A DNA stretch of 64,000 nucleotides from an uncultured Candidatus Binatia bacterium (GTDB lineage: Bacteria; Desulfobacterota; Binatia; Bin18): the NCBI GenBank assembly GCA_965200965.1, contig OZ241744.1:2912001-2976000 (forward strand), read 5' to 3'. A program made the position numbers and the translations under genes. How positions within the stretch are numbered: position 1 is the stretch's first letter; every line of letters starts with the position of its first letter. This document shows positions 41,139-51,428 of this stretch, piece by piece. Under the pieces are notes generated by a model. That model had not been told where the DNA came from. It searched no databases and saw only the letters and a list, made by a program, of their open reading frames with translations.

Positions 41139-43016
41139 TCAATTGTTCGGCAGTTCTTGAACAGAAAATTCATCAGACTCAGGCAAATGCAAGAGAGATT
41201 CCATCAGCGTCGCTAGGGAGGCGTTAATTTGGTGCGCTTCCTCATCAAGACGCTGCATTTCGGCCAGGATATCCCTGATTGGGCGCTGGGTTGTGGCGTC
41301 TGTCTGCCCCACCCACCGGCTCGGGCTCAGGTTGTAGTCGGCTGCCGCTGCCTGCTCTCGGGTGATGACGGCAAGCTCGCCGTCAACCGGCTCGCCCTTC
41401 AGGAAGGCCGCGGCCAAGGGCCGAATGTCCTCCTCGGGGATGAAGTTCTTGGGCCGGCCTTTGCGGACGTGGCGGCTGGCGTTCAGCAGCACGATGGTGT
41501 CCTGGCGGGCCGGCGGCTTGCGCTTGGACAGGACCACGATCACGCCGGCGGCACTGGTGTTGTAGAACAGGTTGTCGGGCAGCAGGATCACGCCGTCAAT
41601 CAGGTCACGGTCCACAAACCACTTGCGGATGTTGCGCTCCCGGTCCTCATGCCTGCTGCCCGACCCGCGTGTCACCGCGCCGGTGTCAAGCACAACCGCG
41701 GCCCGCCCACGCTCGTTCAGGCAGGCTAGGCTGTGCTGAAGCCAGGCCCAGTCTCCCTTGCCGCTGGTCACGCCGCCCCGCAGGCGAAAACGGTCAAACG
41801 GGTCGTTGGCGAAGACCTCCGAACCGAAGGGCTGGTTCCACATCGGATTGGCAATCACAATGTCGTGGCTGGCGAGCTGGCCGGAGGCGGTCTTGAACCT
41901 GGGGTTGAGCATGGTGTCGCCGCGGTCGATTGCAACCGTCATGTCGTGGATGATGGCGTTCATGTGGGCCACGGCGTAGCTCTCGGGCTGAAGCTCCTGG
42001 CCGGAGAGCTTGAGCGGCACCCGGCTGATGGGGTCAAGCGCACGCGCCACAAGTTGCAGCTTGACCAGCAGCCCAGCTGAGCCGCAGGCGTAGTCATGAC
42101 AGTCCTCGCCGGGTTTGGGGCGCATCAGGTGGGCCATCAGAAAGCCGACCTCGGTCGGGGTGAAGAACTCGCCGGCACTCTGGCCCGAGCCCTCGGCAAA
42201 CTTGCGCAGCAGGTATTCATACGCCCGCCCCAGAAAATCGGGCTGCACATCGGCCAGGCCGAGCCGGTAGCGCGGATCGGAAAAGGTCTCAACCACCGCG
42301 GTGAGCTTGGCCGGGTTGATCTCACGCTCGCCATTGCGCTCGGCGGCAAAATCAACCAGGTCAATCACGCCCGAAAGCGAAGGATTGTGGCGGACGACCG
42401 CCCGCACCGCCTTGGTCAGATGCTCCCCAATGTCCCTGGGCCGGGTGCTCTGGCCCTGCTCGTCAGCCGGCCACTCATAGCCTTCACGGCCGCTGATCAC
42501 GCCCCAACGCGCTTCCGGCGGCAGGTAGAAGCGCAGCAATTCGTGGTCGCGCTCGGCAATCTCCCTGGCAAGCTCGCGGTCCGCGTACTCCTCGGCCAGC
42601 CGCTCAAGCTCGTCGTCAAAAACGTCCGACAGACGTTTGAGGAAGAGCAGCGGCAGCAGGTAGTCCTTGAACTTGGCGGCGTCTTTCTCCCCCCGGATGG
42701 AGCAGGCCGCGTCCCATAACATCTGCTCCATCGTCTTTGTTGACGCAACCGCAGAACGGCTGTCTTTGCGTCGCCTCCGGCGTGTCACCCGCGCCGCGGC
42801 TTCGGGAGGGGCCGATTCCATTGGGTTGATGCCGGCCTCCGCGGCCAGGGTGGCGATAGCCTCCTGGGCAGCCTTCTGCGGCTTGGTCACGCCGCCCTCC
42901 CAGCGGTTGATGCTGGCGAAAGAGACACCGAGCCGGTCGGCAAGCTGTTCCTGGCTGAGATCAAGGCTGGCGCGCAGGGCGCGCAGGGTAGCCGGTATGG
43001 CGCGTGAATCTGTCAT
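41139..43016 (-). CDS. hsdM: Type I R-M methyltransferase subunit with N-terminal XRE HTH
   Basis: [26 protein letters not shown]; [45 protein letters not shown]. Confidence 0.93.
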   Translation of the reverse strand: MTDSRAIPATLRALRASLDLSQEQLADRLGVSFASINRWEGGVTKPQKAAQEAIATLAAEAGINPMESAPPEAAARVTRRRRRKDSRSAVASTKTMEQMLWDAACSIRGEKDAAKFKDYLLPLLFLKRLSDVFDDELERLAEEYADRELAREIAERDHELLRFYLPPEARWGVISGREGYEWPADEQGQSTRPRDIGEHLTKAVRAVVRHNPSLSGVIDLVDFAAERNGEREINPAKLTAVVETFSDPRYRLGLADVQPDFLGRAYEYLLRKFAEGSGQSAGEFFTPTEVGFLMAHLMRPKPGEDCHDYACGSAGLLVKLQLVARALDPISRVPLKLSGQELQPESYAVAHMNAIIHDMTVAIDRGDTMLNPRFKTASGQLASHDIVIANPMWNQPFGSEVFANDPFDRFRLRGGVTSGKGDWAWLQHSLACLNERGRAAVVLDTGAVTRGSGSRHEDRERNIRKWFVDRDLIDGVILLPDNLFYNTSAAGVIVVLSKRKPPARQDTIVLLNASRHVRKGRPKNFIPEEDIRPLAAAFLKGEPVDGELAVITREQAAAADYNLSPSRWVGQTDATTQRPIRDILAEMQRLDEEAHQINASLATLMESLLHLPESDEFSVQELPNN

Positions 43017-43035
43017 GTTTTCCTCTATGAGAGAG

Positions 43036-43064
43036 CAGATATGACAGATATCGCAGAAAGTCAA
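43036..43064 (-). promoter_or_regulatory. Putative hsdM promoter with overlapping GATAT-N5-ATATC operator
   Basis: TTGACT at 43064-43059 on the minus strand, weak -10, inverted repeat at 43038-43052. Confidence 0.4.
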
Positions 43065-43219
43065 GCGGGTCAGGACTCAGACTAAGGCAGCATCGAACCG
43101 TCCAGTTTTTCATACAGGAGAGCCTTACCGTGGGCTGGAAGAGGCGGATCGCCGCATGGGGCGGATTCGTGCGTGTCGTCCCTGCCCCAACTTCGGACGG
43201 CGCATAGACGGGACGGCGG

Positions 43220-43696
43220 CTAGTCGGCCAGGCGGCGGTATTTGCCTTTGTAGAACAGCAGGGGCTCGGCATCGGCGGTGGCTATGGTCTGGACCTCGCC
43301 GGTGTAGATGGTGTGGTCGCCGCCCGTGTAGCCGGCGGCGACCCTGCATTCGATATGGGCGATAGCTCCGTCAAGCAGCGGCACGCCAAGTGCGCCAAGG
43401 CTGTAGGGGACGCCTTCAAACTTCTCAATGCCCTTGGTGGCAAAGCGGGTGGACAGGGCTTCCTGCTCCAGCGACAGCACATTGACCGCAAAGACCCCGG
43501 AGTCTTCAAAGCAGGCGTAGCAGTCAACGGTTTTATCAACGCAGACCAGCAGCAGGGGGGGGTCAAGCGACAGCGAGCTGAACGCATTGGCGGTCAGGCC
43601 AAACGGCTTGTCGCTGCTGTCCTTGGTGGTAATGACGGTCACGCCGGTGGCAAAATGCCCCATGACGTTGCGGAGCTCGCGCGAATCAATAGCCAT
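43220..43696 (-). CDS. Flavin reductase family protein
   Basis: MGHFATGVTVIT, TANAFSSLSLDPPL, GGDHTI, PLLFYKG. Confidence 0.93.
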   Translation of the reverse strand: MAIDSRELRNVMGHFATGVTVITTKDSSDKPFGLTANAFSSLSLDPPLLLVCVDKTVDCYACFEDSGVFAVNVLSLEQEALSTRFATKGIEKFEGVPYSLGALGVPLLDGAIAHIECRVAAGYTGGDHTIYTGEVQTIATADAEPLLFYKGKYRRLAD

Positions 43697-43726
43697 GCCG
43701 CCCTCCTTGGTTGTGCTGTATGACTG

Positions 43727-44851
43727 CTACCAGAGGCGGCCAGGGGCGTCAATTGCGGGGGCGGACGGTGAGAGGAGCGCACGGGCCACATCCCTGTCAC
43801 AGCCCGGTGCCCGCCCAAACACCTTCTCCCACACCGGCGCGGTTTCCATGCACATGTACACGGGTACGCTGGGTGCGGCGTGTCTGAGCCAGCGGCTGAG
43901 GGTCCGGTACATGGTGACCCGCAGGGGTTGAAAGGTGCGCCATTTTCCGTCGGCGCAGCGCACCTGCTCGCCCGACAGCAGACGGGTCTGGGGGAAGCGG
44001 CGGCGCATGGTGGCCCGCAGGGCCGGGGTGAGACGCAGGCTGCCGAGACTGAGCCAGGCGACGCCCTGAGGGTCAATGGCGGAAAACAGGCGGTCAATGG
44101 TCTGGCGATAGCCGGCCTGCCAGTCGGGGTACTCAATCAGCGGATCAAAATGAAAGCCGAGCCGATAGCCGGCCCGCTGGGCCCGGCGGCCCGCTTCGAG
44201 GCGGTCGGCAAACGACGCTGTGCCGTGTTCTTCGGCCTCGGCGATCTCTGGCGGGGTGATCGTCCACGACACCACCGTGCGCCCGTTGTGGTCCAGCCCG
44301 AGCAGCCCCTCAACGCAGTCGGTCTTGGTTTTGAGTTCGAGCACGACGTTTTTGCGCTGGGCAAAAAACGGCACCAGGTCTGCCGAAAAGCCGAGCAGTG
44401 GATCAAGGGCCAGGCTGTCGGATAATTCTCCGGTCCCGATGCGGAATTGCTTCCACGGCTGGCGGTCAACCGCAGCCGCCACCTCGTCAAGCATGTCGTT
44501 CACATTGGTGTACACGGTCAAGAGCGGGTTGTTGGCCAGATAGTCCTGGAGAAAGCAGTAGCTACAGTCCATCGGGCAGTTTGAGATCAGGCTGACCACC
44601 AGGTAGTTACAGCACACCAGACCGGGCGTTCCGGCCGGGCAGTGTTCGAGAAAGCGGGCGCGGTTGCGGGTGAACACGAGGCTTTTTTTGCCGGCTGCAA
44701 ACGGGTCCGGCGGCCCGTCGGCGGCGGTCCGGGGGGGCGTGTCCACGCTGCGGACCGGCACATGGGGCAGGCCTTGCAGGGTGCGCCGGACAACGGGCGC
44801 GTGTTCTTCGCCCCGTTCAATCAGAATTTCGTGCGGCTGATAGTGGTGCAT
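43727..44851 (-). CDS. Spore photoproduct lyase-like radical SAM protein
   Basis: NCPMDCSYCFLQ, RIGTGELSDSL, LELKTK, GFHFDP, YMCME. Confidence 0.85.
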   Translation of the reverse strand: MHHYQPHEILIERGEEHAPVVRRTLQGLPHVPVRSVDTPPRTAADGPPDPFAAGKKSLVFTRNRARFLEHCPAGTPGLVCCNYLVVSLISNCPMDCSYCFLQDYLANNPLLTVYTNVNDMLDEVAAAVDRQPWKQFRIGTGELSDSLALDPLLGFSADLVPFFAQRKNVVLELKTKTDCVEGLLGLDHNGRTVVSWTITPPEIAEAEEHGTASFADRLEAGRRAQRAGYRLGFHFDPLIEYPDWQAGYRQTIDRLFSAIDPQGVAWLSLGSLRLTPALRATMRRRFPQTRLLSGEQVRCADGKWRTFQPLRVTMYRTLSRWLRHAAPSVPVYMCMETAPVWEKVFGRAPGCDRDVARALLSPSAPAIDAPGRLW

Positions 44852-44908
44852 GGCGGAGGACGGAGCATAAAACGTCGCCCCTGAAACGTCAAACCTGAAT
44901 CCCGATCC

Positions 44909-45442
44909 TCAGGCTTCGTCAAGCAGCTTGAAGAGGCGTTGGAATGAGCCGTCTGTGAGGCGTTGCCGGAGGCGGGACAGGACAGCCTCAAGCTCTTCTG
45001 CGCTCTTGACCCTGACTTCGAGCGTGACCTCATCGCCCTCAAAGGCGGGCGGAAAGGCAAGACGGACCTGGCGGCCGAGGGCGAGGGCTGTGACGCCGGA
45101 GTGCAACTCGCGCTCTAAGCGGGCGAGACGTGGGTAGCGCAGGGTGCGCAGCGCCGCCTTGACCGCTTTGAGCTTGTCGTTGCGGGATTGCCGCTGTTGC
45201 AGGGGCCGCCGTATCTCTGGCCGCTGCAACAGCGCCGCAATACTGCCCCCGTCCCGCAGCACAATCTCCTCCAGCCAGTCCAGAAAGTCGCGGACTTGAT
45301 TCTCGCCCAGTTGGAGGGCGTGGGCCAGACCGAGCAGCGCGCGCTGGTCGGACTCAGCCCAGGCCAGCCAACGGGCGAGCGTTGGCTGGCTCACCCGTTT
45401 TTGCTCGGCATAGCTCTCAAGAGACGGCAGCGCGGTCGCCAT
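44909..45442 (-). CDS. Hypothetical helical protein (resembles ParB-like C-terminal region)
   Basis: LGENQ..FLDWLEEI..RD, LRYPRL, PPAFEG; in operon. Confidence 0.6.
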   Translation of the reverse strand: MATALPSLESYAEQKRVSQPTLARWLAWAESDQRALLGLAHALQLGENQVRDFLDWLEEIVLRDGGSIAALLQRPEIRRPLQQRQSRNDKLKAVKAALRTLRYPRLARLERELHSGVTALALGRQVRLAFPPAFEGDEVTLEVRVKSAEELEAVLSRLRQRLTDGSFQRLFKLLDEA

Positions 45443-46286
45443 AGCCCTCTCGGCGTCTTTCCCCCCCATAGGCTGCCGCCAGCCGCTCATAGGCCCGACC
45501 GCTCTTGCCCCGTTTCCTCGCGCCTCGGGCCAGGACGGCGCATTTTTTCTGCAAGACCCAGACAGTCAGGCGTCGTTGCCCGGCGGACAAGATGCCGGAC
45601 TCGAGCAACTTGTGGAGTGCCCTGACCCGAAACCGATCCATGCCCCAGAACCGTTGCGAGAGCTGATCCGGGTGGCCGCCGCGCCTGATGACCAGGGGCG
45701 CGTCAAGCAGGTGGATGGGCTGGGTCGCCCCAATCCGCAGCCACAAGTCGTAGTCTTCGCAGGCCGGCAGGCGCGGATCAAAGCCGCCGACCCGGTCAAA
45801 GACGGCGCGGCGGAGCATCACGGCCGAGGGACTGACCAGACACCGCTCCAGGCTGCGGGCAAAAATGTCTCCGCCCGTCTTGCGGTGCTTGGTGTGCGGA
45901 TTGACCCGCACGCCGCGGCGGAGCCAGATTTCCCCGGTTTGACAGATGGACGCCTGGGGATGCGCACCAAAGAAGGCCAGTTGGCGCTCCAGCTTGGCCG
46001 GTTGCCACACATCGTCTGAGTCGAGGAAGGCCAGGTAGCGTCCGCGGCTGAGGGCGACGCCGGTGTTGCGCGCGACCGAAACGCCCCGGTTGGCCTGACG
46101 GACATAGCGCATGCCCGGACAGACCGACGAGAAGTCAGCGGCCACAGTCCCGGTATCATCGTCCGAGCCGTCATCAACCACAATCAACTCAAAGTCCTGA
46201 CAGGTCTGGGCCACAACCGAGGCGATCGCGTCCCGAACATACTCGCGGCGGTTATGGGTGGGGATGATGACAGACACGGTGGGCAT
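45417..46286 (-). CDS. Glycosyltransferase family 2
   Basis: VSVIIPTHNR, VVDDGSDD, N.GVSVARN, AFLDSDD, CEDYDLWLR. Confidence 0.93.
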   Translation of the reverse strand: MPTVSVIIPTHNRREYVRDAIASVVAQTCQDFELIVVDDGSDDDTGTVAADFSSVCPGMRYVRQANRGVSVARNTGVALSRGRYLAFLDSDDVWQPAKLERQLAFFGAHPQASICQTGEIWLRRGVRVNPHTKHRKTGGDIFARSLERCLVSPSAVMLRRAVFDRVGGFDPRLPACEDYDLWLRIGATQPIHLLDAPLVIRRGGHPDQLSQRFWGMDRFRVRALHKLLESGILSAGQRRLTVWVLQKKCAVLARGARKRGKSGRAYERLAAAYGGERRREGYGDRAAVS

Positions 46287-46297
46287 GACACGGCCTC

Positions 46298-46912
46298 TCA
46301 GCGGGACGACGATCTCTTCCTGAGGTCATCATCGTCCACCGTGCCGGCAAGGGCCTCCAGGGCGGTCCACAACTCGTCTTTGCCGGTGCCGTCCTGGGCA
46401 GAAAACAGCAGGGGCGGATAGCCGCCGAGGCGTTTTCCCAGAGCCTGACGCTGGCGCTCACGTTGGGCGCGTTTCAGTGTGTCGCACTTGGTCGCCACCA
46501 CCACAAAGGGCCGCCGGTGATGGGCCAGGAACTCGCACAGGGCGTACTCTTCGTCTTCCGGCCCGCGGCGCAGATCGACAAGAATGACTACGCCGCACAG
46601 CTTGGCAGCGTGGATCACATAGTGTTCAACCAGGCGTTGCCACGCCCGGCGGTCCTGCTTTGAGACCTTGGCATAGCCGTAGCCAGGCAGATCAACAAAG
46701 GTCAGGGCGCTGTTGACAACAAAGAAGTTGAGCTGCCGGGTGCGGCCCGGGGTGCTGCCGGTGCGGGCAATTTTGCGATTGAGCAGGCGGTTGATCAGCG
46801 AGGACTTGCCGACATTCGAGCGACCGGCAAACGCAATCTCGGGGTAGGGCAGGGCCGGGGTCCGGTCCGGTGTTGCCACCGCCCCGGCAAATTCAACGCC
46901 TGAGACCTTCAT
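46298..46912 (-). CDS. engB: Ribosome biogenesis GTPase YihA/YsxC
   Basis: GRSNVGKSSLIN, PGRTR, DLPGYGYAKVS, TKCD. Confidence 0.95.
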   Translation of the reverse strand: MKVSGVEFAGAVATPDRTPALPYPEIAFAGRSNVGKSSLINRLLNRKIARTGSTPGRTRQLNFFVVNSALTFVDLPGYGYAKVSKQDRRAWQRLVEHYVIHAAKLCGVVILVDLRRGPEDEEYALCEFLAHHRRPFVVVATKCDTLKRAQRERQRQALGKRLGGYPPLLFSAQDGTGKDELWTALEALAGTVDDDDLRKRSSSR

Positions 46913-47050
46913 GTGGGCTTGGGCTTAGCCGGCTTTGCCGGCTGGCGCAAGGGCCGCCCGGTCTCAACACAAGGTGCTCGGAGCCTGCTCTTTCTTCTGT
47001 GCGCCTTTTGCGCTAGTGAGGAGCCCAACGCCACCACGCGAGTGTCTGCC

Positions 47051-47443
47051 ATGAATCAATTCTCCGGGTTGCTGATTACCGCCCTGTCTGTCCTGGCCGC
47101 CGCGATTGTTTCGGGCCTGCGTCTGAAACCGTATATCGACGCCGGGGCGGCGCGTACGCCGGCCTCATTCATGCTGTATCCGGTCCTCGTCACCCTGGCC
47201 ATCACCGTGCCGGTGGTCTTCCTGCTGCGCAAAATCCAGGGCAAGAAAGATATTGACATCGGTCCGGTCCGGTTCAACGACCGGATGTCATTTATTGCCC
47301 TCGGCTGTATCGTCTATGCGCTTATCTCGCTGACCTTCTTCTACGACCGGGCCCCGGTTGTCAGGCCCGCTCCTCAGCGCTTCCAGCCGGCCGAGCCGCG
47401 GCCGGCTGAGCCGCTGAACATTGTCTTCCCGGCAGCCCGGTGA
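47051..47443 (+). CDS. Hypothetical membrane protein
   Basis: Three hydrophobic segments; heads a co-oriented operon. Confidence 0.6.
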   Translation: MNQFSGLLITALSVLAAAIVSGLRLKPYIDAGAARTPASFMLYPVLVTLAITVPVVFLLRKIQGKKDIDIGPVRFNDRMSFIALGCIVYALISLTFFYDRAPVVRPAPQRFQPAEPRPAEPLNIVFPAAR

Positions 47444-47455
47444 CGGAGCGCAGCA

Positions 47456-47842
47456 ATGGAGACGTGGCAACCCGACCAGTTTGCCCTGGTGCTTGGCGTA
47501 CAACTCCAGGAGCTGGGTCCCGACCGGTGTCGGATGCGCCTGCCGTTTCAGCCGGGGATCCGCACCGGCGGCGAGGTGGTCCACGGTGGTGCGATTGCCA
47601 GCCTGATTGACAGTGCCGGGGTCGCCGCCGCCTGGTCAAACGTCACCACCTCGCCGAGCCGGGGGGCGACGGCAGCTATGACCGTCAGCTTTCTGTCGCC
47701 GGCCGCGGCCACCGACCTGTTTGCCGAGGCACGGGTCATCCGCCGGGGCCACCGCCTGGTTTTTGTGGAGATTGACGTGACCGGCGCGGCTGGCCAGCCG
47801 GTCGCCAAAGGGCTGCTGACCTATAAGCTGAGCTATGGCTAG
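47456..47842 (+). CDS. PaaI family thioesterase
   Basis: VHGGAIASLIDS, V.FL.P, RRG. Confidence 0.9.
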   Translation: METWQPDQFALVLGVQLQELGPDRCRMRLPFQPGIRTGGEVVHGGAIASLIDSAGVAAAWSNVTTSPSRGATAAMTVSFLSPAAATDLFAEARVIRRGHRLVFVEIDVTGAAGQPVAKGLLTYKLSYG

Positions 47843-47894
47843 AACGGCCGGCCCGCCCCTTTCCAAGCCTGGGGCTTTGGGTTAGATAGACGCC

Positions 47895-48929
47895 ATGGCA
47901 TTACCGCTTCCGGGCAACTGGCGTCGTCAGCCGCCCCTCGCGTGGTCTCCTCCGCTTCCGCCCCAGACCCCCCAGCGACGGCTGCCGCTGCTGCCCGTCA
48001 TGCTCTTTGTGACAACCCTGGCCACCACCACCCTTGCCGGGGCTTTTCAGCGTGGCATAGACCCGCTCGTTGACCCCGGAGCGATTGTGCTGGGGCTGCC
48101 TTTTGCCCTCACCCTGATGGCCATCCTGCTGTCGCATGAAATGGGCCATTACTGCTTGGCGCGTGTCCACGGCGTGCTGGCGAGTCTGCCGTATTTTTTG
48201 CCGGCACCCCCGTACCTCTTTCCGATCGGGACCTTTGGCGCTTTTATTCGGATGCAATCCCCCCCGCATGATCGACGGGCGCTGTTTGATGTGGGGGCGG
48301 CTGGGCCGTGGGCCGGCGTGTGCGTGGCGATCCCGGCGGTCATGGTCGGCCTGTCTCTGTCCGAGGTGCGCCCCCTGTCTCGCTTTGAGGGCGGCCTGAT
48401 TCTGGGCGACTCGCTGCTGTTCTCGGCCCTCACCTCCCTCGTCCTCGGCGTGGATGCCGATCAGGTGAGCGTGATTCTGCATCCGGTTGCGCTGGCCGGC
48501 TGGTTTGGCCTGTTTGTCACCTGTCTCAACCTGCTGCCGGTCGGGCAGTTGGACGGCGGCCATGTGGTGTACTCCCTGTTTGGCCCTGGTCATCGTTGGA
48601 TTGCGCGGGCGTTCCTGGCCGTCATTTTTGTGCTGGGCTATCAGTACTGGTTGGGCTGGTATGTGTGGCTGGTGTTGCTGGTGGTCCTGGGCATCAACCA
48701 TCCACCGGTCCGCGACCTGTCGTCACCGCTTGACCCGCGCCGAAAAATCTACGCCTGGTGTACGGTCGGGCTGTTTGGGCTGACCTTTATGCCGATGCCG
48801 CTGAGTCTTGCCGAACCGCACCCGTTTCCCAGCGCGGAGGCGACGCCGGTCGCCTACCGGCCCGCCGCGGCCCGACCCGACCCGTTCCGTCACGCGCCGT
48901 CCGGCGTGGTGGTGGTCTATCGGCCATGA
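47895..48929 (+). CDS. Site-2 protease (M50) family protein
   Basis: [27 protein letters not shown]. Confidence 0.93.
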   Translation: MALPLPGNWRRQPPLAWSPPLPPQTPQRRLPLLPVMLFVTTLATTTLAGAFQRGIDPLVDPGAIVLGLPFALTLMAILLSHEMGHYCLARVHGVLASLPYFLPAPPYLFPIGTFGAFIRMQSPPHDRRALFDVGAAGPWAGVCVAIPAVMVGLSLSEVRPLSRFEGGLILGDSLLFSALTSLVLGVDADQVSVILHPVALAGWFGLFVTCLNLLPVGQLDGGHVVYSLFGPGHRWIARAFLAVIFVLGYQYWLGWYVWLVLLVVLGINHPPVRDLSSPLDPRRKIYAWCTVGLFGLTFMPMPLSLAEPHPFPSAEATPVAYRPAAARPDPFRHAPSGVVVVYRP

Positions 48930-48939
48930 GGGCGCGGCG

Positions 48940-49443
48940 ATGAGGGCACGGCTGTCGTGGGATCACTACTTTCTCAATATCACCCGTCAGGTGGCGGAAC
49001 GTTCGACCTGCCCCCGGGCACAGGTCGGGGCGGTGATTGTACGCGACCGGAGTCTGCTGGCGTCCGGCTATAACGGCGCACCCTCGGGTCTGCCCCACTG
49101 TAGCGAGGTCGGCTGTCTGGTCTATGAGTCGCGCAACCCGGATGGACAGATCGAGGAGAACTGTTACCGGACGATTCATGCCGAGATCAATGCGATTGCA
49201 CAGGCCGCCAAGCATGGGGTGAGTATTCGGGACGCGGACATCTATGTCACCCATACCCCGTGCGTCCACTGCCTCAAAGTCTTGGTCAACACGGGCATCA
49301 CACGCGTCTTCTACGACCGGGTCTACAAGCTGGAGACGGTCCGCCACCTGCTTGAGGCCGCGGATGTCCGGCTCATCAAGATCGGGGCGGCACCCGCCGA
49401 GCAGGCCGCGGCCCGGCCCGAGCGCGCCACCTGGCCCGGCTAG
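48940..49443 (+). CDS. dCMP deaminase family protein
   Basis: RSTC..VGA, GYNG, HAEINA, PCVHC. Confidence 0.92.
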   Translation: MRARLSWDHYFLNITRQVAERSTCPRAQVGAVIVRDRSLLASGYNGAPSGLPHCSEVGCLVYESRNPDGQIEENCYRTIHAEINAIAQAAKHGVSIRDADIYVTHTPCVHCLKVLVNTGITRVFYDRVYKLETVRHLLEAADVRLIKIGAAPAEQAAARPERATWPG

Positions 49444-49646
49444 GGTTCGGCTGTGACCTGGTTGGTGGCCTGCTCGGCTGAGACCGGGGCTGGCACCTGT
49501 TCATAGCGGCCGAACTGCTGGGCCGCGGCCAAGAGCACGACGGTCAGCACCAGAACGGCAAGCAGGAGGTCCAGGATACTGATCCCCCGGACCTCTGCGC
49601 CGAGCGACGCAAGACGGCGAAAAAACGAGTGACGGAGTACGGGCAT
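49440..49646 (-). CDS. Small single-TM protein
   Basis: 68 aa, one hydrophobic helix, TAAGGA RBS. Confidence 0.55.
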   Translation of the reverse strand: MPVLRHSFFRRLASLGAEVRGISILDLLLAVLVLTVVLLAAAQQFGRYEQVPAPVSAEQATNQVTAEP

Positions 49647-49691
49647 GACGAATCCTTACAGGGCGCATCTTGGGCGGCTTGGCTTGGTCGG

Positions 49692-50660
49692 TCAAGAGTA
49701 GAGCGGCGTTTCACCCGGCCGGCGGCGCTTCCAGCGTTTATGAATCCACAGCCAGTGGTCCGGGTATTGCTCAACGATATGTTGAAACACCGCGGTAAAC
49801 TTTGCCGTGGTCGCCACGAGGTCGGCCGCCTGATTGCCGGTGCGAATGGGCGCAATCGGCGGTAGAATGACAATCCGATGCTGCCAGGAACCCCGCTCCC
49901 GGATCAGAAAGGCCGGGATGACCGGAACCTGGGTGGCCAGGGCCAGGCCGGCCAAGCCGGTTGAGGTCGAAGCCGCGTGTCCGAAAAAGGGCACAAAGAC
50001 GCCCATCCGGCCCGAGGCGTTCTGATCGATCGCGGCCACCACCACGCCGTTGTTGCGAATGGCGCGAAAGACATCCAGGCCCGCGGTGGTTTTGCGGATG
50101 ACGCGGTTGCCGCTGTGGCGACGCTGGGTGACGATAAACTCGTCCACAAACGGATTGCGCAGCCGTCGATGAATGATATGCACCGGGACGCCGTAACAGG
50201 CGTGGGCGTGGGCCAGGAGTTCCCAGTTGCCGAAATGTCCGGTGAGGACGAGCACGCCGGTGTGCTGGTATTGTTTGACCAGGCTGGACCACTGGGCCCT
50301 GTCGGCAAACCGGACCCGCTCGGCGATATTGTCCGGGGTCAGGCTGTGGAGGTGGCAGAATTCGGCGATCAGACGCCCGAGGTTCAGCCAGCTCTCGCGC
50401 AGAATCCTGGCCCGCTCGGCCGGCTTCTTGTCGGGAAACGCCAGCGAGAGGTTGGTCAGCCCGACCCGGCGGTGGGGCCGGTCCAGCCAGTACAGCAGCC
50501 GCCCGATGCCCTCGCCGAGGCGAAAGGCGAGGGGAAACGGCAGCTTTTGAAAAAAGAAGAAGACGCCCCGCAGCAGGATGTGCTCGCAGCGCGCCAGCAG
50601 CCAGCGCTTTTGACGGGCGGGGCGAATCCTCTTTTTTTTGCGTTCAGGGGCCGGGGGCAT
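49692..50660 (-). CDS. Lipid A late acyltransferase (LpxL/HtrB family)
   Basis: NL.LAFP, HFGNWE, DQ, FVPFFG, PDHWLWIHKRWK. Confidence 0.9.
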   Translation of the reverse strand: MPPAPERKKKRIRPARQKRWLLARCEHILLRGVFFFFQKLPFPLAFRLGEGIGRLLYWLDRPHRRVGLTNLSLAFPDKKPAERARILRESWLNLGRLIAEFCHLHSLTPDNIAERVRFADRAQWSSLVKQYQHTGVLVLTGHFGNWELLAHAHACYGVPVHIIHRRLRNPFVDEFIVTQRRHSGNRVIRKTTAGLDVFRAIRNNGVVVAAIDQNASGRMGVFVPFFGHAASTSTGLAGLALATQVPVIPAFLIRERGSWQHRIVILPPIAPIRTGNQAADLVATTAKFTAVFQHIVEQYPDHWLWIHKRWKRRRPGETPLYS

Positions 50661-51240
50661 CGGAGAAGGAAAAGCCGAAGGCTTCGCGCTCTTTGGCCTC
50701 GAGGTCGGCAAATACCGCCCGGTCAATCGCCCGGTAGCGCTCAAGGCTGGCCAGTGCCTTGTCCGGCCCGCCGCCCGCCGCGGCCAACTCAGCGAGCTTG
50801 CCCGTGATCCAGCCGATATGCCACTTCTCGTCCTTGGTCACTTCGTGCAGGATGCGCAAGGTCTGCCGATCGACATCCGGACGCTGGGCGTGTTTGAGAT
50901 AGCGCTCTTGGGCGCGCTCTTCAACAACCACCGTGAGGGCGAACAGGTCAAGCAGGGTCTTGGGAATACGGATCGACTTGCCGATCCGCGTCTGATAGCC
51001 GTCGTCTATTGGTACCGGAGCACAACCAAGGTCGGCGATATGCTTGGTCCACAGCCACGCATGGCGCGTTTCGTCGGCCAGGTGGCGGGACAGTTTGGTC
51101 TGGGTTTCGGGATCATCAACGCGCCTGATGAGCTTGAGCAGCAGGCTTGCCCCGCGCAACTCGGCGTCACGGTAGTAGCTGAACAGATGAATCATCCGTT
51201 GATCCACTGGCGTCACTCTTGTATCCTCCACTCCGTACAC
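50644..51240 (-). CDS. Ferritin-like domain protein
   Basis: YRDAE, DETRH, VVEE, DEKWH di-iron motifs. Confidence 0.85.
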   Translation of the reverse strand: MYGVEDTRVTPVDQRMIHLFSYYRDAELRGASLLLKLIRRVDDPETQTKLSRHLADETRHAWLWTKHIADLGCAPVPIDDGYQTRIGKSIRIPKTLLDLFALTVVVEERAQERYLKHAQRPDVDRQTLRILHEVTKDEKWHIGWITGKLAELAAAGGGPDKALASLERYRAIDRAVFADLEAKEREAFGFSFSDAPGP

Positions 51241-51428
51241 CCTTTCGTCCCATCAAAGCCTGCTCCTGGATGTAAAGCAAGCGTCAGACAAAAGCAATAA
51301 CCCCGGTTCCCGAGCCATGTGTCTGAACATTGACAAATACTGATGTTTTTGTCTTTTCATAACCTGTTGTACGCTACCAGACTTGAGCGTGGGCTGGCAA
51401 GGTGAGCCGACACATGGACAATTGGGCC

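Noticed and set aside
51330-51353. TTGACA with GACAAA-N10-TTTGTC inverted repeat as promoter/operator
   Set aside because: No credible -10 at proper spacing; arms short enough to arise by chance
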